From a virus (Duplodnaviria; Caudoviricetes), in IMG/VR virus record IMGVR_UViG_2706795030_000004, positions 1 through 64,000 of that record: DNA of 64,000 nucleotides; one strand, given 5' to 3'. The notes under the pieces are model-generated. The model had not been told where the DNA came from and made no database searches. It saw only the letters and a program-made list of their open reading frames with translations. Each line of letters starts with the position of its first letter. Position 1 is the first letter of the stretch. Below, in pieces: positions 9,201-17,580 of the stretch. A program made the position numbers and the translations under genes.

Positions 9201-12200
9201 GGCCTGCGCTTCATTCTTTGCTGTCGTGGCGCTTGTAGCGCTGTTCCCGGCCTCGGTGGCCTTGGTCGTGGCAACCGAAGCTGACGATGCTGCCGCACTT
9301 GCCGAGCCTGCCGCTGCGGTGCTTTCAGTTACGTCGTCGCAGGTGATGTATTCGATCTGCTGGACCGCGCCTGCCGCTGAAATCGTATTGTAACCATTGA
9401 GCCCGACCATCAGCCGCCATTCGGTCGCGTTCGCATTCGCTCCTGTGCGTTTCGTGGTCGGCTCAAACTCGATCTCGCGCGTGACCCAACCATCGGCGAC
9501 CGTGAGACCCGACCAAACCCCGACAGCAGAGTAACCCGTGCTAGCGCCGCTCGCATCGAGCATCGCCACCCAAAGATAATGCCCGTGCGGCTGCGTGGTC
9601 TGGTCTGAGGTAAGCCTTGTTCTGATACGGACACGAATTTTCTGGCCATCAATGAATGGCCGCGTCGAGCGCTCCGACATGACGACGTAGGCGTTCGAAC
9701 ACTGAAGGACTTTACCTACCCCGGTAACAGTCTCAATCGTTACCGCGCTGTTACCGACATCAACGTCATAATAGGTAGGGAGCTGAGCCTTGGTTTGAGC
9801 ATAGCCAGCGACCCAATAACCCGGACCGTTTTGGAAATCGGACCGGAAGATCTGACGAGCGGTCGTTTCAGCGGCTGCCGCACTGTTTGCGGCAAGCGTT
9901 GCCTGGGAGGATGCCGTATTCGCCGAACCCAGCGCGTTCGATGCGCTCGTCGCCGCTTCGCTCGCCTTGGTAGTCGCCGTGCCTGCCGCTGTCTGCGCGG
10001 TGTTGGAGTGACCGGATGCAGCTGACGCAGCCGCTTCAGCATCACTCTCCGAGGCAGCTGCGCTGGCTTGCGAAACCGAGGCAGCCGAAGCGGAAGCGGC
10101 AGCATTTTCGCTCTCGGTGACGTCCTCAAGATAGAAGTTGTCGAACGCGAGGATCTGGCCAACAGTGTAACTATAGTTTGCGAAGATGATCATCGACACG
10201 CGCTTCGTGCCGACGTGGAAGCCGCCCGCACTCCAGACCGTTGTCGTCGCCGTGGCCCCGGTAATAACGTCCGAGACGAAGTCGCTCCAACCTTCGGGGA
10301 GCGCCTGAGCTACGGTCGCGTATTTAACACCCAGATACACGTCATCAGCGTCGCGGCACTGAATGCCAAGATAGTGAGTGGCACCGTGGTTCGAGGAAAA
10401 TATGCGACCGCGTAGTCGGTATTTACGCGTGGGGTCGATCTCGAAGCGACCCGACATGAGATTGCGCCGGACGTCCGACGCGCAGACCAAGACGCCCGAG
10501 GCACCTTCATAGGTTTCTTCGTGCGTCGTCTGTAGAGGCGGAGGGTCAAGATCAGATGAACTGGCGTAGTTATACCAGCCGTTGAGCCCAGCACTGAAAT
10601 CGCCATTCTTCGTGAGACCCCGCGTTGCCGCGTTGATTTGAGCCGTAAGCGCCGCCTCGCTTGCAGCTGACGCGCTGGATCCAGCTGCGGTCTGTGAGGC
10701 AGCTGCGGCAGTGGCCGAGTTGGCTGCCGCGTTCGCTGCGTCCTCCGCATCGTCCTTCGCGATCGAGGCGTTGTTTGCAGCCGTGCTCGCGGACGTAGCG
10801 AAGTTGCCCGCCTCAGCGGCCTTGGTGGTAGCGACTGAAGCTGACGATGCAGCTGCTGATGCTGCCGTCTCAGCGTCATCCTTGGCTGCAGCGGCAAGCG
10901 TCGCCTGCGACGACGCCGTATTCTTGAAGCCTTCCGCATCGGAAGCGGAGGTCGCGGCTTGTCCGGCGCTGGTCGATGCCTCGCCCGCCTTCGTGGTGGC
11001 CGTGTTTGCAGAGCTGCTTGCGGAAGCGGCGAAGTCCCCGGCGTCCGAAGCGCTCGCTGCGGCATTGGACGCAGACGTGGATGCAGCCGAAGCGGATGTG
11101 GCAGCGTTTTCGCTCTCGGTGACGTCTTCGACATAGAGATAGTCGAAGGCGACGGTCGCCACCGCCGCGCCGGTATTGGTCAGCGCATAGGGGACCATCT
11201 GCGGCGCCCCGTTGATCACGGTTGCATTGTCGATGAGGATGTCACCCTCGATCCACGTATTGAGCGCGGCGGCGTTCGCGTTGACCAAGTGGGTAAAGGC
11301 GACATGAGCCCCCGCCGCGTCCTTCGTCGCGATACCGATCAGAGTGCTGTTCGCAGCCGTGATGCGGAATCGATAGCGCAGGCGATATTCGCGGCCAGCC
11401 TGCACCTGTGCGGGACTGCCGCGCATATCGCGTCGCGCGTTGCTGGCGTTGAGGGCGACATTCGCCGCGCCATTCCAGTTGGTCGCGGCGGCCATAAGCG
11501 TGGGCGATGTGTCCGAGAGGTTCGCGGTATAGGCGTTGAACCAGCCGCTCACGCCCTCACTGAAGTCCGCGTTCGGCGTCATGCCCTTGGTTGCCGCCTT
11601 GACCGCTGCGGTGACCGAACTGGTCTGCGCGGCCGTCGCGGCATTCTCAGCGGCGGCTTGGTTCGCGGCCGCGTCGGATTGCGCCGTCTGCGCGGCATTC
11701 CGGGCCGCGACAGCATCGTCTTCGGCCTGCTGGGCGTTCGCGGCTGCCAGCGCCGCCGCGTCCGCACTTGCAGCGGCGCTAGCGGTATCGCCATAAGTCG
11801 CGATTAAGTTGTCGATGTCAGTCTGCGCTGTGGAGATCGCACCGAGGACGTCTTCTGACAGAACCCCACCGACTTTGAACGTGTCGGCCGAGATGCCCTC
11901 GGAAGTGATAATATCGCCGTCGCCGAGAGGGTTGCCCTCAGAGTCCTTGAGGTTGTCTCCCGCTGTAGCGCCATCTGTCGCCCCCGGTTCGGCTGGCCTC
12001 AAGTCGTCGACCGGTGTGCCATCACCGTAGTAGCCCGGCTGCAGGGCCTCATCGATCACTTTGGAGACCACCACCGGCTCCGAGGTTCGACGCATCCGGT
12101 CGACCGCAGTGATGCGGAACTCCCAATTGCCGAACTGGGGATTGATGATCTCGATAGAGGTCAGGCTCGTGAGCGCACTGATTTGCACCCACTCGGCGCC

Positions 12201-14480
12201 GTTGACGCGATACTCTGTGCGGTAACCGGCCAGCATGGCAGCGCCGGGCCGATCCCAGTTCACATTCAAGGCCAGGTTCTGCTTATAGTCGCTGACAAAG
12301 CCTTGCGTCGTGATGGTCGCGTTGAGGACCGGAGGGACTACGACGTCGATGGGCGGGACGTATCCTTCCTCCGCCACACCTGAGTCAGAAGCGTCCCACT
12401 TGCCGGTGTCGATCTCGATTGCCGAGATTGACACCATTTCCCCGTCGATCGACATATTCGTGACGCGGTACTGTTTCGGCAGCGCAGGGAGCCCGTCAGC
12501 CGAAAGCGCAATGTTCGCGTTTGGGGCCACGCTTGTCGGCAGAGCGGACGACAGGTAGATGGTGGTGACGTTGCCGCGATGGGCCGCGTCGTTCGTGATG
12601 GACACCGTCTGCGTGACAGTAGGCAGAGAAACATTCTCGCCCTGCGGGTCGACGTCGGCGTCCGGCGCGTAGTCCGGATTTGGCACCGTGAATGACACTG
12701 AGTACGCGACGCCGAGCTCGAGCCGCAGCGGGTCGCGAACGGTAATGCTCATTCGGTCCGACGCAATGGACACGATGCGCCCGGTTGCGCGCGTGTTTTC
12801 ATCGGAATCGAGGAGAGTACCGAGATCGTTATCGGCAATAAGAATCGTAGATAGCGGGCGCACCATCCGCCCCCGGCGGTTGGTGGTAAAGTTGACCGCA
12901 CGGGTTTCCCTTGTGGCGACCCGGAGCCGCATAATTGCGCGGCGGAGAGCTTCCTGACGGCCGGTGCAACCGATCGCGACAATCGTCGTAGGCTTGCGCC
13001 CAAAGCGCGCAATGTGCGCGGAGTCCACAACCCGCACACGATCCTCGCGATAGCCGAATTCCTTATTGCGGAAGACCATCGTGATGTCGTTGAAACGGGT
13101 GTCGACGTCGGTGTGTGAGTAGCTGAACTCTCCGTTGATCGCCTCGAGCGTAAACAGGTCGACCGGCACCTCCGGCTTATCGACCTTCATCCTCCACTCG
13201 CCGCCATTCTCCTCCCAGGCGAGCGCGCCGACCGCGCCCGCGAGATAGGGCACGAACTCGCTCGCCTTCTGGGGCTCGTTAATGGCGATGTTCAGCGACG
13301 ATCGGGGCTCAGTGCCTCCAGCGCCATCGGGCACAAGTTCCGAGAACCATTTGCTGGCCTCAAGCGCGTCCCACTTATTGAGATGCGCCCCCGGAGAGAG
13401 GGAAGCCATACCGTGAGTGCTGTTCGAGATCAGCCCATTGATGTTCCATGCCGGGTCAGTCGTGAAAGCCTGCGCCCAGCTGCCGTCCCAGATCTCGCCG
13501 GTGTATTCGCGCGTCTCGGGATCGAAGACTCCCGAGGGCGGCACCGGCACGATGAGCGTGTCATATTCGCCCTCGACCGCGGGCACGCCCGTGAGCTGGT
13601 CCGACGCTTTACCGTAGAGCTGCAACCATGAAAGCCCGCGCCACGGCTCTGTGACCCCCAGCTTAGTGTTGTAGCCTGCGGACACCGACTCCCAAGTCAG
13701 CATGCGCTTCTCGAAATTCGGATCGGCTTCGACGCTCTCCTTCTCGATGAGCCGACACCGGACGTCCCAGCCTACATTCTCATAGGCACCCTCATTGGGG
13801 ACCACGATGCGCAGCTCATGAACCGCGGGGCTGCTGGTCTTCCCGTAGATCCTAAAGTAGCCGTTGTTGGTCTCCGGCTTATAATACCCCCCGCCATCGA
13901 ACACGATGCGTGGGATAAGAAGCCGTCCCCCCGCCATCGGTATGGTCGAGCCCGCCTCTTCGTAAGTTTGCGACGGGACCCCGAGCATGGGCGAGATCCA
14001 GTTGGTTGCGCCGATTGGCTTAAGCTGGATCTCAATGTTTGCGCTGTGCTCGTAGATCCCCTTCTTGTCCTGACGATAGAGCTGGCTGCAAACAATTCGC
14101 AGATCGAGGAAGTCAGCGCCGAGATTGTTAACCGTCCGCGTCACCCATGGGCCGGGGCCGCTGGCGTTGGTGTTTGACAGCGCGAGATTGACGTTGACCG
14201 GAGAGCCACCCGCGCCGAGCCGGAGATCGACCTTCTGGGGGAAATTTGCAGGGTTGCCGTCCGCGAAGATCGCGACGAAGTTCTCGAAATTGAGCTTACC
14301 GCTCTCGTCCTCGAGCGGCGTGCCGTCGATCTTGAGGGATTTCAGACCTCGAGTCAGGCCCTTGATGGGGCCGGCGCAGAGACCGAGCAGCCCCTCGAAA
14401 GTATCTGTCGAACGCAGCGTGTCGGGCCGCTGTTTGAAGCTGCCGCCACCACCACCTTTTGCACCAAAGAACCCGGTCAT
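6207..14480 (-). CDS. Central tail fibre / host-specificity protein (lambda J-like) with six carbohydrate-binding-like modules
   Basis: J-like N-terminus (W..AFTTDPAW, DGAGGTEPR, VDTRFNDITM, GCTGRQEALR), FN3-like region, Ala/Ser-rich Stf-like linkers, repeats ending EDVTES, DUF1983-like segment (YSVTLSVNNHITGF...FIVQADKFLV). Confidence 0.92.
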   Translation of the reverse strand: MTGFFGAKGGGGGSFKQRPDTLRSTDTFEGLLGLCAGPIKGLTRGLKSLKIDGTPLEDESGKLNFENFVAIFADGNPANFPQKVDLRLGAGGSPVNVNLALSNTNASGPGPWVTRTVNNLGADFLDLRIVCSQLYRQDKKGIYEHSANIEIQLKPIGATNWISPMLGVPSQTYEEAGSTIPMAGGRLLIPRIVFDGGGYYKPETNNGYFRIYGKTSSPAVHELRIVVPNEGAYENVGWDVRCRLIEKESVEADPNFEKRMLTWESVSAGYNTKLGVTEPWRGLSWLQLYGKASDQLTGVPAVEGEYDTLIVPVPPSGVFDPETREYTGEIWDGSWAQAFTTDPAWNINGLISNSTHGMASLSPGAHLNKWDALEASKWFSELVPDGAGGTEPRSSLNIAINEPQKASEFVPYLAGAVGALAWEENGGEWRMKVDKPEVPVDLFTLEAINGEFSYSHTDVDTRFNDITMVFRNKEFGYREDRVRVVDSAHIARFGRKPTTIVAIGCTGRQEALRRAIMRLRVATRETRAVNFTTNRRGRMVRPLSTILIADNDLGTLLDSDENTRATGRIVSIASDRMSITVRDPLRLELGVAYSVSFTVPNPDYAPDADVDPQGENVSLPTVTQTVSITNDAAHRGNVTTIYLSSALPTSVAPNANIALSADGLPALPKQYRVTNMSIDGEMVSISAIEIDTGKWDASDSGVAEEGYVPPIDVVVPPVLNATITTQGFVSDYKQNLALNVNWDRPGAAMLAGYRTEYRVNGAEWVQISALTSLTSIEIINPQFGNWEFRITAVDRMRRTSEPVVVSKVIDEALQPGYYGDGTPVDDLRPAEPGATDGATAGDNLKDSEGNPLGDGDIITSEGISADTFKVGGVLSEDVLGAISTAQTDIDNLIATYGDTASAAASADAAALAAANAQQAEDDAVAARNAAQTAQSDAAANQAAAENAATAAQTSSVTAAVKAATKGMTPNADFSEGVSGWFNAYTANLSDTSPTLMAAATNWNGAANVALNASNARRDMRGSPAQVQAGREYRLRYRFRITAANSTLIGIATKDAAGAHVAFTHLVNANAAALNTWIEGDILIDNATVINGAPQMVPYALTNTGAAVATVAFDYLYVEDVTESENAATSASAASTSASNAAASASDAGDFAASASSSANTATTKAGEASTSAGQAATSASDAEGFKNTASSQATLAAAAKDDAETAASAAASSASVATTKAAEAGNFATSASTAANNASIAKDDAEDAANAAANSATAAAASQTAAGSSASAASEAALTAQINAATRGLTKNGDFSAGLNGWYNYASSSDLDPPPLQTTHEETYEGASGVLVCASDVRRNLMSGRFEIDPTRKYRLRGRIFSSNHGATHYLGIQCRDADDVYLGVKYATVAQALPEGWSDFVSDVITGATATTTVWSAGGFHVGTKRVSMIIFANYSYTVGQILAFDNFYLEDVTESENAAASASAASVSQASAAASESDAEAAASAASGHSNTAQTAAGTATTKASEAATSASNALGSANTASSQATLAANSAAAAETTARQIFRSDFQNGPGYWVAGYAQTKAQLPTYYDVDVGNSAVTIETVTGVGKVLQCSNAYVVMSERSTRPFIDGQKIRVRIRTRLTSDQTTQPHGHYLWVAMLDASGASTGYSAVGVWSGLTVADGWVTREIEFEPTTKRTGANANATEWRLMVGLNGYNTISAAGAVQQIEYITCDDVTESTAAAGSASAAASSASVATTKATEAGNSATSATTAKNEAQAAQANAAASASAAAGSAADADADAAVASTNATLSADYAGAAETAALQTLPSTFEQDGLFFCEGTGAGWLGAPSSLPSASGSGVYSFQTIAGIGRVAVATSTASVQDIAQKGVVAVRPGRKYRVSATHQTSSSTRPMAVYAIALNASYGYIGGSVVTVPATSTTTWQTTSTAVIDGDTLIAAGVVYLRAMGRFNAGTPNGRFSQLKIEDVTESVAAETQAGIATTQAASATSSAASAAANETLTASAKTTMINSLSDLMPKAMNPDLFGGSLAGGVTSAQSALDPSWVPASRAYIDVPSGGYTVSMRAAVPIKDGDVIRLTVDVEQITSATAKTCSSVYLRVLDENFDLITSIVVNPSRINLATGERGAMSVTIGRNNANADYNLTTTGAKYIRPNLLMNRTENGTAQNPGSVARLHAFYGEDVKALSEATSQAGIATSQAAVATAQAAAAQQSAVLSASIGQGFLNKNPGFDDYPSATVGQLPTSWTNWVGSANMYRVNDNVGGYSLRMPGTPGANTGLVFSGHSTTNLVNPGDYFVIEAEITLNSGTLAGAAAYMAISNSAGSAVQSDLRCIFATDPGNNTGAPIGSGEVGKTYKFAKLVKVTAATAHGYFLYAMAHWSTAGSTANANDITWHKCGVRPATPAEIRDQTVLAPMEATVSTQASTLATHTTQLASLDTTVSAQGATISTQQTALNGLATRYSVTLSVNNHITGFSQNNDGTSGDFIVQADKFLVAMPGVTPRVVFGVSAAGALVNGDLYVNNGKIIADTGTYMKVIGKGFGTSNQFIEWFGPKMALNLCSEANAITYTKTNGDSYFGGTLHAGTLKNDGSTSGLGTTEVATCGPFGTNGNPIVVAVSWTYQKTEVKNYTADISGRNAFDADAASYNASDTGGNNWSGTKALTVASSTVTLARKIGGGSFSDVQSASTTSGIGTFTGVRPVVGSSVGTATLVRSYTINFTYTDNAGGTGDRTFTATLARGFTDTLGSSTQRVSIVTTEE

Positions 14481-14523
14481 GTTCGGGTGACTAAGGGTGG
14501 TTGAGGCTGGTGGTTAGGCGGCG

Positions 14524-14533
14524 GGGGGAATTA
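14524..14533 (-). promoter_or_regulatory. TAATTC[AC]CCC putative late-promoter box
   Basis: TAATTCCCCC 53 nt before the J start; TAG at motif positions 41-43. Confidence 0.65.
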
Positions 14534-15694
14534 GTCCCCTAGCTGTTCAACGCCGCACCGTAGGCGGGCAATTTCCCCATATTCGCGATCGTAGACGATA
14601 GCCTTGAGATCACGACCGGAGCGGTAACCGTGATGGGTATGCCATGCGTCTGTCGACGCGAGGGTTCGGTGTGTCTCAACCGTGCAGCCGACCATGTCCT
14701 TGACCTGATCGTGATGGAAGTGACCACAGTGCCAGACACGGAAGTCGCTGGCGGCCCAGTCGTCTTTGACGTCGCGGGCCATGATGAGGGGTAGATCCGT
14801 CAGCTTAGCGCCGTCGCCGTGAGTGGACCCTATGAGCGTCTTGCCGAAGCGAAAATAGAAGAAGCTCGACGGGCTCTCGTCGATGACCACCCGGGGGTTG
14901 TCGTGGTACCGCGCTGCAAGGCAAATCGACAGCATCGCTGCCTGGTGCGGGTCGTGATTGCCCGGGTTGTTGCGAACGATCACCTTCTGGTGCTTCTCGA
15001 GAAGACGCTCAATGCACCTAATGAGAGCTCGGACCCCCGTCCTTGCGATCTCCTGAAAACGGCCATCGACATCGAGATCTGCACCGGAGCGCGGTGTCCG
15101 GTTGGTCCCGTTGTCAGCGTGGAAATAGTCGCCGAGATTGAGCAGGAGCGCGGTGTGGCTCGAAGGCGTGCGGGCGGAGATGCGGTCAACCGCGGCGAAC
15201 GTCAGGCGCTCGGCTGTGGCCAGATCGAAGTTGGTCCCGGTTTCTGCAGCCCACGCGCGCATGCCAAAATGAGGGTCGCCTAGCGGCAGAACCGTGAGCA
15301 AGCGCTCGTCGTAGAAGCTCGGAGCCGGAATCGGTGGCAGCGGGGTGACCTCCCCGGACATCGCCTCGACCGCGGCGCGGAGCAATTCTTCGCGACGCTC
15401 ATGGTCGGTCGTCGATTTGACCCACTGGCCGGTGAGCTCGCCGTCTCGGTTGTAATAGGACGAGACCCCCTTCACCCGGAAGCCATCGGGTACGACATGG
15501 GTCATATCGTGTTCCGGTGAATAGCCCTTGGATGCCGCCTTGTCCTGCAGCGCCTTGATGCACCGAGAGACGGTGGCCTTGTTGACCCCCAGCTCCTTTG
15601 CAGCCTTACGGCAACTCCCGAAGCGCAGGACTGCATCAAGGTAACGAGCTTGGGCGGGGCTCGCGAAGCGAGCGAGTTCGGGGGAGATGTCCAT
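14531..15694 (-). CDS. N-terminal HTH plus calcineurin-like metallophosphoesterase
   Basis: SCRKAAKELGVNKATVSRCI HTH; GDPH, LGDYFH, PGNHD, STHGD, GHFHH motifs. Confidence 0.85.
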   Translation of the reverse strand: MDISPELARFASPAQARYLDAVLRFGSCRKAAKELGVNKATVSRCIKALQDKAASKGYSPEHDMTHVVPDGFRVKGVSSYYNRDGELTGQWVKSTTDHERREELLRAAVEAMSGEVTPLPPIPAPSFYDERLLTVLPLGDPHFGMRAWAAETGTNFDLATAERLTFAAVDRISARTPSSHTALLLNLGDYFHADNGTNRTPRSGADLDVDGRFQEIARTGVRALIRCIERLLEKHQKVIVRNNPGNHDPHQAAMLSICLAARYHDNPRVVIDESPSSFFYFRFGKTLIGSTHGDGAKLTDLPLIMARDVKDDWAASDFRVWHCGHFHHDQVKDMVGCTVETHRTLASTDAWHTHHGYRSGRDLKAIVYDREYGEIARLRCGVEQLGD

Positions 15695-16260
15695 TATGTG
15701 GGGGTCGCCGGATAAACGCCAAAGGAAAGCTTGTCGGCATCAGACTGAAGGCTGAGCCAGTGACCCGACAGGTTGATGCGGCCGCAAGCCAACGTGATCG
15801 GAGTGCCCTGCGCGGTCGTGTTCTGAGAGATCCCGAGGTATTTCGATGCCGGCGGGTCCTCTGCTTTGGATATCGTCGGAGCCTTCATGAACAGGCCGAC
15901 AACGCCCTGAACAACCATAAGAGCACCGCTAACAAACAGGCTGCTGGTGAGGGCACTCGCAAACACACCCGCGGCCGGTGCAAAGACAACGGCCGCAGCG
16001 ATCATCAGGCCGCCGAGAATGATCCCGAAGAATTTGCCGCCCCCGCCGTACATCGACGGGACAATGTGAACCTCGTCGACATCCGAAGGGGCGAACAGGG
16101 CCTCGTCTGTGTCGTATCCGACGACCTCTACGGTCAGATGAGGCGGAAGGTTGGTGACCTGAGACGCGACACCCTCGAGGGCATCCGCCACTGTGCGCGC
16201 GTTCATATTGACAGACGCGGGGAAATATTCGCGAAGCGATCCGTGGAAGACGAGCCTCAT
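15694..16260 (-). CDS. Tail assembly protein (lambda I-like)
   Basis: Ubiquitin-like N-terminus (ARTVADALEGV...IVPSMYGGGGK), hydrophobic middle, C-terminal QGTPITLACGR. Confidence 0.85.
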   Translation of the reverse strand: MRLVFHGSLREYFPASVNMNARTVADALEGVASQVTNLPPHLTVEVVGYDTDEALFAPSDVDEVHIVPSMYGGGGKFFGIILGGLMIAAAVVFAPAAGVFASALTSSLFVSGALMVVQGVVGLFMKAPTISKAEDPPASKYLGISQNTTAQGTPITLACGRINLSGHWLSLQSDADKLSFGVYPATPT

Positions 16261-16592
16261 TTCTTCAGGACCAGTCCATTGTCGATCACGAAGGATTCAA
16301 CCGTGGGGGTACCGCGAAGCTCCCCTACGATGTGATGCTCGAGATGTGGCCAGCTCAGAAACCCAGCATAGTCTTCCTGGCTGAGGTTCGGGTCTCCACC
16401 GGGATGGGTGTGCCAAGTGCCAACGAGATCGGGGTTGTCGACGTGTTCGAGAATTTGCTTCGGGTCCATCCGGAACCCGCGCTCGGGCTCGGAATGGACA
16501 TTGTCGATTTCAACGATGGAGCCGTCGCGGAAGATAAAACCGCACCGCTCGACAGTGTGTCCCTCGAGATAAAGGTCAATCAGTGGTTGCAT
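16257..16592 (-). CDS. JAB/MPN domain tail protein (lambda K N-terminal half)
   Basis: ERCGFI...WHTHPGGDPNLSQED JAB motif. Confidence 0.88.
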   Translation of the reverse strand: MQPLIDLYLEGHTVERCGFIFRDGSIVEIDNVHSEPERGFRMDPKQILEHVDNPDLVGTWHTHPGGDPNLSQEDYAGFLSWPHLEHHIVGELRGTPTVESFVIDNGLVLKK

Positions 16593-17031
16593 AACGGGCT
16601 CGCAGAAGTTCTTCGATGGTGACATCCGGATAGGTGGGGCGAAGGTCGGGAACGTCAGGGTGACGAAGGACGTAGCAGGTCAGGTTCCGCCAGAAATCGC
16701 GGTATTCCTCGCACACGGAGAGACGGTTGGCCGGGTGGTGAAGGATCTTTCCCTCACCGACGAAAATGGCCATGTGATTTGCGTTGCCCTCGCCAATCGC
16801 CATGCAGAGGACGTCGCCGGGGCGGAGGTCCTTGGGCTTCCAGGACGTGATCATCTCGAAGCCCTCGCGCTCATAACAGGCGCGAATGAGATCGATTGTG
16901 GAGCTTTCCCAGTCGTTGGGGCGCGCGTAATCCGTGATGCTGATTCCAAATTCCTCAGCATAATACTTACGGAAGAGCCCGAGGCAGTCATTGCTGCCCA
17001 TACGAAAGGGGATGCCCTCGTAATCCGTCAT
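16576..17031 (-). CDS. NlpC/P60 tail peptidase (lambda K C-terminal half)
   Basis: GSNDCLGLFRKYY, NHMAIFVGEGKILHH. Confidence 0.88.
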   Translation of the reverse strand: MTDYEGIPFRMGSNDCLGLFRKYYAEEFGISITDYARPNDWESSTIDLIRACYEREGFEMITSWKPKDLRPGDVLCMAIGEGNANHMAIFVGEGKILHHPANRLSVCEEYRDFWRNLTCYVLRHPDVPDLRPTYPDVTIEELLRARYATTD

Positions 17032-17525
17032 TGGACGAACACCGAGGGGAAGTCGGGAGAGTAATACTGCTTAAATGGCAGCGAGAAGTTCAGCCCGTCC
17101 GCTTGCCGTGCGAGCACGAAGCCAATCTGGGAGCGGGAGTACCCGGGGATGCGCTTGATCCGGTACTCCTGAGTCTCGAGGATAAGGCGGTTATTAAGGA
17201 GGTCGTCGAGGAGAATGCGGTGCCGGATCACGACACCTCCATCCATGGAACCGTCGAAGAGCAACGGTTTGATCGCGATCAGCGAAATGTTCTCGTCACC
17301 GATGGTGAGAGTCGGCTGCGACACAGTGCCATCGGAACTATAGCTCTCGCCCTCGAATTTGAGGGGGAGCCCCTCATAGAGGTTGCCTCGATAGGTGACA
17401 GAGTTGTCCGCCTTGATACGGATTGTGCCGACGCCCTCTGAAGGGCTGAGCTCATAGAGATAGACTTCTCCGTCTGCCTGAAGCAGATGGGCATCGGCGA
17501 TATGCTCGGATGGGATAGTCGTCAT
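17028..17525 (-). CDS. Minor tail protein (lambda L-like)
   Basis: VYLYEL...YRGNLYEGLPLKFEG...SQPTLTI; position between TMP and K. Confidence 0.8.
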   Translation of the reverse strand: MTTIPSEHIADAHLLQADGEVYLYELSPSEGVGTIRIKADNSVTYRGNLYEGLPLKFEGESYSSDGTVSQPTLTIGDENISLIAIKPLLFDGSMDGGVVIRHRILLDDLLNNRLILETQEYRIKRIPGYSRSQIGFVLARQADGLNFSLPFKQYYSPDFPSVFVQ

Positions 17526-17570
17526 TGCACGAAGGACTTAGGTCCGTCGCGCAATGACGACGATAAGCGG

Positions 17571-17580
17571 GGGGGAATTA
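17571..17580 (-). promoter_or_regulatory. TAATTC[AC]CCC putative late-promoter box
   Basis: TAATTCCCCC (TAA is the TMP stop) 55 nt before the L start; TAA at motif positions 41-43. Confidence 0.65.

Noticed and set aside
6207-14480. Diversity-generating retroelement or invertase-driven fibre switching
   Set aside because: No reverse transcriptase, no TR/VR pair with adenine-specific mismatches, and no invertase or flanking inverted sites seen; the repeats are protein modules.
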